Assembly (NCBI GenBank): GCA_964057225.1
Contig: OZ059897.1
Span: 14,570,001-14,634,000 of the forward strand
Direction of reading: 5' to 3'
Origin: Auanema rhodensis
Lineage: Eukaryota > Animalia > Nematoda
Length of the DNA stretch: 64,000 bases
In this document: positions 41,251 to 53,200 of the stretch, piece by piece
Numbering within the stretch: the first letter of the stretch is position 1
How the letters are laid out: every line of letters begins with the position of its first letter
Program-made: the position numbers and the translations under genes
The notes under the pieces: model-generated
The model's database searches: none
What the model was told of the DNA's origin: nothing
Seen by the model: only the letters and a program-made list of their open reading frames with translations

Positions 41251-42646
41251 ATGAATCGTTATCCTATGTATGGAGTGCAAGATGACGCTGTATGGTCCAG
41301 AGGAGGCTCAATGGTTATGGATGTACCTCCACGAGGTGCATCACATGCTCCAACACATTATGCTAGCAACAGTCATACATTGAATACTTTGCCTTATCCG
41401 ACCTATCCTCAAGCTCATACTACTGTTGTACATTCTTCTGTGAAGCCTGTACCAGACTCTGATATATACAGGTTCGTTTGCATAAAGAAGACCACCTATT
41501 CAGAACTTGAATTACAGAGTTGGTATATACGGATGGAGAAAGCGATGCTTGTACATATTTATTTTAATTTTAACTATTGTTATTGTACTAAATATGGCTT
41601 TGACTGCGTGGATTATGTCGGTTCTAGATTTTTCAACCGTAATGCTGTATGTTATTTATATTGATTTTAATTTTAAATTTTAGGATGGGATGGGAGCTTT
41701 AAAAATAGTTGATGATGGAATTCATGTTAAAGGACGTGCTCAGTTTGATAAACCTGTACACTTTTCACATTTAACTACTGCTCGGGTATAATATTGAAAA
41801 GTTATATATAAATTTATAATTTTACATAAGATTTTATTATAATTCAACATAGATGTTTATTTAACTGTTCGAGATATGTTCAATGCTTTTAGGGTGAAGC
41901 GATGAGTATTCAAAGCTTCCGAGGTGTTCATATGCAGGCGAGGAATATCTCAGGACAACCTTCTTCAAGTTTTACCTTAGCTCCTGAAGGAAAGGCTCAG
42001 GTTGTCTGTGATCGTTTTGAGGCAAGTTATTTTTAAAAAGCTATTTCGAATTTAATATTCTAGATTACCGACAAAGATAACAAACTACTATTTTTCGCTG
42101 ATTCTGAAGAAATTGGAGTGAAACTTCCTAATTTACGAATTCTTGGTAAGAATATTTCATCTTGTTTTCGAATGGTTGTATCGTTTTGAAAGCATAATCT
42201 AATTCAGACGATGGTGGCAGTGTTTTTGAAGGAGCCATTCAAACAGCATTTGTTCGACCTGAGCCTGATACGCCATTACGGTATAAAACTAAAACACTTT
42301 TCTAAATACAGAGTTCTAATTCAGTCTTGAATCCCCTACCAGAAGTATCTCTGTTGATGCAGCTCAAGACATCGAATTACTTACTGCTGCAGGAGAAGTA
42401 AAGTTAACCTCATTGTTGGATATTACCATGACATCTAAAAAGGTTAAAAAGCAAAATATACAAAATAATTATAATAGTTTATAGGGTGAAATAAGATTTG
42501 AATCTCCTAATATTTACGTTGATGGATTACCCCGAAGTATTGGTAGAGGAGCTCCACAATTGCAACTTTGTGTTTGTCACAATGGAAGGCTTTTTTTGTC
42601 GGTACAAGGAGCTGATTGTAGAGCTGATAGAAACATCTGTGAATAG
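41251..42646 (+). CDS. sgn-1: Gamma/delta/zeta-type sarcoglycan
   Basis: [37 protein letters not shown] (type II TM), [21 protein letters not shown]-terminal [12 protein letters not shown]...C...IC. Confidence 0.92.
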
Positions 42647-42865
42647 TTTAAGTAGTATATAAAACGTTCACACTAGATGATCTTTTTGCCCAACCTTGAC
42701 AGTTTTTGATCATTTTTGGACATTTACAAGTCCATTTTGTGTCTTAACTACCTAAAAATATCTTTTTTTTTTCAAAAAACCTCTAGACCATTTTGCCCAT
42801 TTTTCATTTTACTACATTTTCGAATATTTTTGATGTTATAAATGACCTCGATTAGTCTCCGAAAA

Positions 42866-43515
42866 GATCTACCTCTAATTACAACATCCAAGAGTTAGCA
42901 AAAATATTAAAAATAAGACATTTCCGTGGTGTTTTTATGCGTGACACCTTTCTGAATAAGATACTACCAAGAGAAGTCAGAATTGACAATCTTGAGTCGA
43001 ATAATAATGAAGGTACACATTGATCTTCTAAAAATCTCAAATGCAGCATCTTTATCACAATTATAAATGTGTGAGGAAATATTGAATTTTAACTGCCTTC
43101 TTGTCAGCTTTCTTTCCTGTTTAAAAGATATGAAGAAAATAGACTCGAATATTAAGAAATTTTATGATAAACTAAATGTCAAAGAAAGTTCACAAAAGGA
43201 TTATCTTTATGCTAAATTAGTTTGATACAAAATGAATTACACTAACTTAGGAGATCACACTAGAATATATGATTAATAATGCTCTTCTCTTGGCAGATAT
43301 TTTTGAAAACTTTTGAAACTTAAGTCTGGATATCTATTTGCTATCCTTGCTGGTACTACACCAGTCCAGGTTTAGCTTGGGATGCTATGTTGAAGAAAAC
43401 CGAAGTAGAATTAGAAGTTGAAAAATACTTGATGATTGAAAAGGTATTCGAGCTGAAATGGTTAATGCTGTCAAAAGATACTCTAATGCTAATAACAAAT
43501 ACACTCCGAATTTGG
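42866..43515 (+). mobile_element. Decayed Maverick/Polinton (adintovirus-like) relic: cysteine protease fragment plus protein-primed PolB fragment
   Basis: 42866-43023 reads SNYNIQELAKILKIRHFRGVFMRDTF...IDNLESNNNEGTH* (adenain-like, W codon now a stop). 43151-43515 reads KFYDKLN...DYLYAKLV*...LLLADIFENF*...PCWYYTSPGLAWDAMLKKTEVELE...KGIR...KRYSNANNKY, with stops and frameshifts and no introns. Confidence 0.85.
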
Positions 43516-43878
43516 TAAATGTTCAAAAACGATCAAAAACTGCAGAAAATCAAGATTGGGCAAAAAGATCGTCTAGTGTCAACATTTTATATACTACTAG
43601 TATTATTCTACTTTATATATATATATATATATATTTCATACTAATATATCACTTAATTTACTTATTTGTTTCTCTTCATTTAACTATGAACTTTATAAAT
43701 ACATTTCTCTAGCATTTACTGTAGTTTGCACTCTGTTTACGGATTAATGATGCCACCACTGCATCGACATGTTAATATTCAAATTACCATTTTCAATGAA
43801 GAATTATATGCTGTGAAGCTTAGTATTCGAGTAGAGCCCGATTTTCATGAAAAATTAATCTTCTTCGACCAATATTGA

Positions 43879-45609
43879 ATGTTTTTCACTGCCCCGACAA
43901 CTGATCAGCCCTGGACCAGAGGCAAGGTTTGTGATAATATCCAGACCAATGTAATATATAACTAATAGGTTCTCTTTATATCACTTGCTCTAAGGCTCAC
44001 TCTTGTGTTATATTCAAATATTCATGACTATGTGTTTAACGTAAGTTCATAATGAACATACCAAAGTAAAATTTAAGGGTTTAAGGTTAGCTTCACAGAT
44101 ATAGATTATCATGTGTTCTCCGATGCGGCGCAACATGTAGCTAATGGTGGAAGTCCATACGATAGAGCAACTTATAGATACACTCCAGTGTTAGCATATA
44201 TTCTTCTCCCTAATGTTAAATGGGCTGATTTTGGTAGGTCTTTGGTATTTGAACCAACTTATTTTTTAATTTTTAAGGAAAATTTTTATTTTGCTTCTTT
44301 GATATAGTGGTGGGGTATCTTTGTTTCGCTATTATGGATCATGTTAATCCACCACCGTAAGATTTCGAACCGAATATGCCTTTGAGAGTCATAATTCAGA
44401 AAACCGAAGAGTAGGAAAGATGACAAACATGCATCCAAAGGGAATGATGGCGATGAGATTGAAGATCCTCACATTGCTCCAGTTGTATTTTTTTGGCTTG
44501 CTAGTCCATGGACTGCGATTATATCAGCTCGGTACATCTAAGTTTCAACTTTTTAAATATTTAATACTTTTTAAGTGGTAGCTCCGATTCCTTAGTATGT
44601 GCTGCTGTTCTTTTAACACTATATTTCTTACAGCGGAAAAATGTATTTTTTTTAAAGCTTAGTTTATGTATATAATATAATTTATAGTGGGTGATGTCGG
44701 CTGTTTGTCATGGACTCCTCGCCGTTCATTTAAAGATTTATCCACTTATATATCTTCCTTCTCTTTTTATTTATTTGTCCGAAATGAAAAATAATTCTCC
44801 TTTTTGGGATAAAGTAAAATCTCTAGCATGTAATGTTCGAGGCTTTGCATTTATATTTGTATGTTGGCTTCCTATTTTCCACTTCTAATTTCTCTGCATT
44901 TCAGACGTCCTTATTCTCATTTGTACTAATTATTTCTCTATTCACTTTGACATATGGAGATACTTTCTTAGAAGAATTTTTGCTATATCATATAAAGCGG
45001 CGAGATGTTCGACATAATTTCTCTCCCTACTTTTTACCGCTATATCTGTCTCAGGTTTGTTATCCAGCGATTTTCATATACTTTATATCATTTAGGATGA
45101 TCCTAGTTTATCAAAGCTTATAGGATTATTAGCTTTCATTCCTCAAGTTGTGTCAATTTTGTACTTCGCATTCAAGTAAGTATATTGATTAATTTGAAAT
45201 TTCAACTTATTTATTTAGATTTTATAATGACTTACCATTCTGTTGGTTCTTAACAACTTTTGCATTTGTTGCTCTCAATAAAGTGTGTACAAGTCAGTAC
45301 TTTGTTTGGTACATGGTGTTTCTACCTTTGATTGCAGATCGTTTCCAAGTAACATAAAGGTTTATTTTTATAAAAATATATTCTAACATTTAGATGGAAC
45401 GCCGAGATGTTCTGAAACTTATTGCTTATTGGGCGTTTGGCCAAGGACTGTGGCTCTTATTTGCGTATTTTTATGAATTCCAAGGTTTACCTGTATTCGA
45501 ATTTATATTTATAGCTTCACAAGTTTTTCTTCTTATTAACTGTTATATAATTCGTAAGTTAATCCTTATGTACAATCCTCAATTTAAACTCAACTCTAAG
45601 TCAGAATAA
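43879..45609 (+). CDS. pigm-1: GPI mannosyltransferase 1 (PIG-M)
   Basis: [15 protein letters not shown] (DxD), [65 protein letters not shown]. Confidence 0.95.
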
Positions 45610-45764
45610 TTACTTAAGATCTCAATGTCATAACGGTTCATATCGTAACTCGAATTTGGTGTAAATAAACTTTTATTATGTTAACGTAGTTGTTTGTAAC
45701 ATGTTTTTACATATAGTTTACTTTTTATTTTGAATATCTAAATGTTTTTACAAAGTGTTTTCAG

Positions 45765-47001
45765 ATGGTTTTCTATCTAATTGGCTTGGGTTTAGGAGAT
45801 GTTGAGGATATCACTGTCAAGGGACTGAATGCTGTGAAGTATTCAAAGGTTTTCAAATACATTATTATTTTTTCGCTCTTCAGAAAATGCAAAAGGGTTT
45901 ATCTGGAAGCATACACAAGCATATTATGCTATGGTTTAGATAAGTCTCAGTTAGAATCGTTTTACGGTCGTGAAATTATTGAAGCAGATAGGAGTATGGT
46001 AGAACAGGATTCTGGTAATTTTTTTGTATTTAAATAACATTTAGAAACAATTTTAGACGATATCCTTGAGGGAGCTGATGTCGATGACATTGCCATGCTG
46101 GTAGTTGGAGATCCATTTGGTGCCACCACACATGCTGATTTAGTTATCAGAGCCAAAGAGAAAAATTACGAAGTCACTTTTATGAAAACACTTGCGTTAT
46201 TATTTATTTCCATTTTAGGTTAAAGTAGTTCATAATGTATCTATCATGAATGCTGTTGGTTGTTGTGGACTACAAGTATGTTTCCATTTTGATGTTAATA
46301 ATTCAATTCAGCAAAATAATTATTTCAGCTTTACAACTTTGGTGAGACTGTATCTGTTGTAATGTGGCTTGACGGTTGGGAGCCGGATAGTTACTATGAC
46401 AAGATTGCTGCGAACAAGAAGAAAGGTCTCCACACTCTTTGTCTGTTGGGTAACAAACCTCATATTGTTATTTCTTGTATATTATTGTTTTTTTAGATAT
46501 TAAAACTAAAGAACAAAGTGTTGAGAACATGATGAGGTTTGTATCATAATTTGAAAACATATTTCTACAAAATGCTATAGAGGTCGCAAAATATATGAGC
46601 CTGCTCGTTACTTAACTTGTTCTGAGGCAGCTTCCCAATTATTGAAAATCTGCGAAAGAAAGAGAGATGCTGGCGAAAAACCAGGTAATTCACATTATTC
46701 TATATTTCTTCAACAATTTTTCAGTTTATGATGAGGGTACTCCTGTTGTGGGACTTGCACGTGTAGGCTGGGATTCTCAGAAGGTTAACTATCTGTCAAA
46801 ACGAAGAATAATTGTTAATTTTTCAGATTGTATTTTGTTCTTTGAAGCAAATGGCCACTATTGATATGGGGCCACCACTTCATTCCATGGTTATCCCAGG
46901 TACATACGATGATTTGCTTGCTTGCTTGAACTACGTATATTTTAGGAGATATGCATCCTTTGGAGTTGGATTTGTTAAACACATTCAAAGAAAAATATTA
47001 A
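45765..47001 (+). CDS. dph-5: Diphthine methyl ester synthase (DPH5)
   Basis: [91 protein letters not shown]. Confidence 0.96.
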
Positions 47002-47134
47002 TTTTACTAGTTTATTGGTTATTGTTTTTCTATTCTTGTTGAGTTTTCATATTTTAAAAAATATATATTAATATGGAAATTATAATGCCAAATAGATAAT
47101 TTTTCTCGGCTCTAATAGTGTTTTATACAATACT

Positions 47135-48549
47135 CTAACGAATACTCTGCTTTGGACTTTCTCGTCGTGGTCTTTTTTTCCAATCTGATTCGATACTGAA
47201 CTTCGTTGTAGCTTCTCCCCAGTCTGGCCAATATCTAAATTAATGAGTTGTCTGGATTAGAACTGATATATAAATTACCTGTTCTTAATTCTTTCCACAT
47301 ACTCCATTAGATTGGGACATTCTGTTTTTATGAGTTCCAAATGTTCATTGTCATAAGGAGCATATACAATCTGGGCCAATACGCCGAATAATGTAGCATC
47401 AATCTTAAGGTAATAATAAAAAGAAAGAAAGAAAGAAGAATAATACTCTTGTTGGTTTGAAGCCTGTTAAGTAGTGTTTAGCACCGAGATATTTGCTAAG
47501 CGCTCTCAGATCATCACAACCTTTATTAATCTGTTCTTCCCTACTGTGTCTTCCTATTCCTGTATGAAGTAGGAATTGTTTTTGCTGGAAACAGTTGAGA
47601 AAGAGTTGACATTTACTACTCACACTCATGCAAGTATTACCGCTTTAACGAAAAAGTGTTTTAAGACAGGAGAGAACAAAGAGAAAAATATTCCACCATG
47701 TAAATGAGGAGGTAGGTTATTAAAAATCTAAAATAAAGGGATGAGCTGAATAAAAGTATTGTTATTGTAATACTTGATCCATATTTTCGATGCGTAACAA
47801 AACGTAGCTTGGAGTTAAACTTTGCTCAGCTAACGACTCAAATGCTCGGCCAGTAGCCTTTTGCTCGTCTGATAAGTGCTCTTCAAGAGATTTCTTATCA
47901 AGTATATTGGTTAAATCTCTGAATATTCAGATAAAACCTGCTCAATGTTTCGTTATACCTAATAATAAAGGAAGAATCATGATATTCCGTGCCATTATAT
48001 TCAACAAAGGGTAAGGTGCCTTCTAATGATCGCGTGGAATGGCTACATGGTACATTCTATTACATATTGAAAGCTAAGCTAATTCGGTATGTATTTAAAA
48101 AACCTTGTATGGAATTTCGGCTATTCTGAGCCATGTTTCCAATTTTAAGCAATATGGAGAAAAACTTGGAATGACTTTAGTACGAGGAAATTGATATAAG
48201 TATACAATTCCTGAAATATACTTCATTTTAAGTAAGTTAAGTTTTTCAATTATTCTTTGGAAAACTTCTTGCAAAATTGAGCTAATTGTTAAATATAATT
48301 GAATCAAATTGCTTTTACCTCAAGATTTTGTTAACACAAATAAATTAGAAAAAAATATTAATAACAGTAATATAGTTTACCTGCTTCCCAATCTTGTTTG
48401 AGCGGACTAGATCTAGTGCGATTTTGCGTTATAACTCTGTATAATAATAGAGAACCACCACTAATAATAGCCACTTTACCCCAAGCAGGTAACTCTTCTA
48501 TGAAAGAAGAGAACGATTTCCAGCTCTCCTCGAGATTGAAATCAGGCAT
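47135..48549 (-). CDS. Failed-axon-connections / cadmium-responsive (CDR) GST-like protein
   Basis: N-terminal TM, KQDWEAGIVYLYQFPRTKVIPSFSPYCLKLETWLR, GTLPFVEYNG...DS, GIGRHSREE, DDLRALSKYLGAKHYLTGFKPT, YWPDW. Confidence 0.88.
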
Positions 48550-50051
48550 TCCTAAATCATACCATAGACTCAGTTAAGAATTATAGTAGAAGAACATAAC
48601 GATGTGAAGATGTCAAAGCAGTACAAACTTCAGTCGATATTTGAAATTTTCGAAATTAAAAATAATGAAACTTGTTAGACTCAAGATTATTTGTCAAAGC
48701 ATGTGAAAAAAATATTTGAGACAACATAATGAAAGCTTTGTAAATTTTAGACAGCTGCACTAGGCTCTTTACGCGAAACTTCCACTGTAACATAAGAGAA
48801 TATAGTAAAAACCAAAGTCAAAATAGCTGAAGTATGAGATAAGTTCTATGCATGCGGCTAATGAAAATACGAAAATCGATTTTGATAAGGAAACATGACA
48901 TCATTAACTATCTAAAGACGCAAAAGCATTATTAGAAGAAAAGAATGCTTATAACATTTTAGTCGAATGAATGCTTCAAACTACGGGTATTATTTAAGAG
49001 ATATCTGGTTTCGGAGGAATTTATTCTTGTGACTGCTTGTTTTTCCTTGTCTTTGATGTGGAGCAAACGTATAGTTTTGACGAACAAAAAACCAACATAT
49101 TTCGAAAATAGTACTAAAAATAGCGGAAAGATTTTTTTAAATATATGAAAAATTATTACTTCTTACGGACACTAACCAAAAATTCGGTAACGTAACTTGA
49201 AAAGGAATCTGTATCATCGAGGAGTGTGTAAACATTGACGTAAAGACGTAAAATCTCTCTTAGCTTAAGACAACAGATCATATGAGAAGACAAAAAACAG
49301 ACTCATAATGTTACTGTTAGACAGAATACAATTGCAATATATTTTGTGAACTGAAGATAAGAATAATCAATTGAAATAAAAGTATTTTAAAAAATCTATT
49401 TATGTATACGTTAACAGATTCTAGAAATTGTTATGAATCAACATTCTCGACCTTCTAACAAATCAACCGTTACACATTCCGAAAATAAGGGAACTAAGTA
49501 AATGTCTTATTTGACCCGTTGTTCAATAAAGGTTTTTAATCAATATGTCAATTAAGTTAAAATTAGGTTATGTGAAAAATCATAAGCGCAAATACTTTAA
49601 TTCTTCAAAAACATAAACGAAACGCGAACTAGAGGTAAAAACCAAAAAATATTTGGTTTTTCCACCCAATGCTTCAAGACGTTTTCAATGACACATCAGC
49701 AAGCACCTGGTATATCTACTAAATTGATCCGAATATACATGTTTATACGAAGTATATTTTTTTTCTGACCAAATCGTAGAAGAAGGATTTCTGTTTGTAA
49801 GGTATTATTTTAACTAGACAAATTATACAACGTCAGAGGTTTGCGATTGTTAATAAAAAAAATAAATGAAATATTTATTGCAACATATTTTGGTTATTCT
49901 AAACATTTAAATTTTAAAATAAAAAATCAGTAACAGCATAGGAGGCTGGCACTTAAAAATCGTTGGATTATAATAATTAAACTTCCGAGTGAATAAGTTT
50001 GTTGCTCAGGCGATACTGGAATATCTCCTGAGACGCGCTCTTTTTCAGCTT

Positions 50052-50100
50052 TGCGGGATATTTGAATGAAATGGCGGTTGTTGGCACATTGGGCGCCAAA
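50052..50100 (+). promoter_or_regulatory. CDE-CHR (DREAM) element and E2F site in the top-2 promoter
   Basis: TGCGG-GATA-TTTGAA (50052-50066; GCGG + 4 nt + CHR TTTGAA) and GCGCCAAA (50093-50100, reverse complement of TTTGGCGC), 120-165 bp upstream of the ATG. Confidence 0.6.
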
Positions 50101-50216
50101 TGCCTGCATTTGTCTCATTCTTATTTGTTATAATTTGTTGGTGTTGTCATTGATCTTTTTTTATTAAACTTTGTAATCGTTCATTTAGGGTCAAGTAATA
50201 CTAAATTTTTAGGAAC

Positions 50217-53200
50217 ATGAGTGAGTCTGAGAGTGATGGAGACTTCTTTATAGACGACTCACCGAAGGCAAAATCAAAAAAGAGTCCCAAAAAGAGTCCC
50301 AAAAAGCCTCCAGCAAAAAAAGGTGATAAAACTGGTATGGGTTTACTATACTATTACATAGTTACATTGTGCTTATAGCCGATATTTCAATGTCTATGAC
50401 AGACGAAGATAGAAATGTCTTTACTAATATAGATAAAGTTAAATCTAATAAGAAAATGGCTATTGAGGATATCTATCAAAAGAAGTCACAGCTTGAGCAC
50501 ATTTTGCTTCGACCTGATACTTATATTGGATCAGTTGAATATTCGGATAAAACAGTAAATTCATTTGAATGGTTTTTTTTACCAATAATTTTAGCCCATG
50601 TGGATTTACGATCCCAAAGAGGAAAAGTTGGTTCAGAGGGAAATTTCTTATGTTCCTGGACTTTACAAAATTTTCGATGAAATATTAGTAAATGCTGCAG
50701 ATAATAAGCAGCGTGATCCTAAAATGAATCTTATTAAAATTGAAATTAATCAGTATGATTCTAATCCTGTAACGTTTCAATAATTCCAATGATATTTAGA
50801 GAAAAAAATCAGGTCTCTATCATGAATAACGGAAAGGGAGTTCCTGTAGTTCACCACAAAGTGGAAAATATGTATGTACCAGAAATGATCTTCGGAACTT
50901 TACTTACATCTTCTAATTATGATGACAGTCAAAAAAAGGTAAATTTTTTAAATGATTTTTTTTCACTTGTCTGATAATTGATTAAGGTTACTGGTGGTAG
51001 AAACGGTTATGGAGCTAAGCTATGTAATATTTTCTCCACAGAGTTTACTCTGGAGACATCATCGAAAGAATACGGAAAAAATTTTAAGCAGGTTTTGTCT
51101 GTCTTATATCACTAGCTTTATTCTTTATTTAGACTTGGATTAATAATATGACTAAGGATAAAGATGCTGCTATTGGTAAGGCTTCTGGCGATGACTATAC
51201 TAAAGTAATTATTTTCATTATACTGTTTTGTATTATATAGCTTTAGATTACCTTCAAACCTGATCTAAAGAAATTTAAAATGCCAAAGTTGGACGATGAT
51301 ATTGTTGGCTTAATGATGAGAAGAGCATATGATATTGCTGGTAGTACTAGAGGAGTGAAAGTTTATTTGAATGGAAAGCAAATTCCCGTATGGTTTATCT
51401 TTTTATTAGATTTTCATTTTTAAGTTTAGGTACAAGGATTCAAGCAGTATGTGGAACAGTACACAAAAGATCTTACTGGACCAACTGGGGAACCGGCCAA
51501 AATTGTTTACGAGACTGTAAACGATCGGTGGGATGTAGCTCTGGCTGTTTCCGATCGCGGATTCCAACAAGTGTCGTTTGTAAATAGTATCGCTACCACC
51601 AAAGGAGGAAGGCATGTTGATTATGTTGCCGATCAGATGGTAGCAAAATTAATTGATACTATCAAGAAGAAAGTTGGCAAGAGTACTGTTAATGTCAAAC
51701 CTTTTCAGGTTAGCCTATTGTCTTGTTTTTAAAAAAAATTCAATATCTAGGTAAAAAACCACATGTGGGTATTCGTGAACTCGTTAATTGAAAATCCTAC
51801 TTTCGACTCTCAGACGAAGGAAACCATGACTCTTCAAGTAAGCATGTACATTTTTTGCTTTAATAACATGATATCATTTCCAGTCTAAATCATTTGGTTC
51901 TAAGTGTGAACTTTCTGATAAATTCACCAAACAAGCTATGTCTTGCGGTGTCGTAGATGCTGTGCTGGCCTGGGTTCGTTTCAAACAACAGGAAGACATG
52001 AATAAGAAATGCTCTGGAAAGAAAACAACTAAGCTGAAGGTATTTCTTTTTTTAGTTGCAATATAATCATTATTCTATTTTTAAGGGTATTCCTAAACTT
52101 GAAGATGCTAATGATGCTGGAACGAAAAATTCTCATCTTTGCACTTTAATTCTTACTGAGGGAGATTCCGCCAAAACATTAGCGGTATCTGGACTTGGAG
52201 TTGTGGGAAGAGATAGATACGGAGTTTTCCCACTTCGTGGTAAACTTCTAAATGTTCGCGAAGGAAATATTAAGCAGGTTTGATATTCGCTTTCATATTG
52301 ACCCCATGAGTCACACACTTTAGGTTTCTGAAAATCAAGAGATTAACGCTCTAATTAAAATTCTTGGTCTTCAATATAAGAAAAAGTATGAAACTGAAGA
52401 TGATTTCAAAAGTCTTCGTTATGGAAAAGTGATGGTCATGGCAGATCAGGTTTCTACATTTTTACAATGTATAAAGCTAAATCAATTGGTTCTAGGATCA
52501 AGATGGTTCTCACATTAAGGGGTTGGTTATCAACTTTGTTCATCATAATTGGCCAAGTTTGATTCAAAGAAATTTTGTTGAAGAATTCATTACTCCTATC
52601 GTGAAGGTTTATATCTTCATTCAAGCGAAATTGATGATATATATTTAGGCAACAAAAGGAAAAGATGAGCTATCTTTCTTCTCGATTCCCGAGTATAATG
52701 AGTGGCGTAACGCTACTGAAAATTGGAAAACTTACAAAATCAAATACTACAAGGGATTGGGTAGAATATAATTTTTTAAAATATTTATGATGACTTCTAA
52801 AATACAGGTACTTCCACGTCGAAAGAAGCTAAAGAGTATTTCTCTGACATGGCTCGTCACCGAATCAAATTCAAATATGGGGGACCTGAAGATGATCAAG
52901 CTGTTGATATGGCCTTCTCAAAAAAGAAAATTGAGGAACGAAAAGAGTGGCTGACCAAATGGATGGCCGAAAAGAAAGAAAGAAGAACTCAGGGGCTCGA
53001 GGAAGAGTATCTTTACAACAAAGATACAACTGCTGTTACCTTTAAGGATTTTATCAATAAGGTACTCTGCTTCTTGAAAGCCTGCTGTTTATTATAGTAT
53101 TTTAGGAATTGGTACTTTTCTCCAATACTGATAACGAACGGTCTATTCCATGTTTAATTGATGGCTTCAAGCCTGGCCAGAGAAAGGTTTGTTCTTTATA

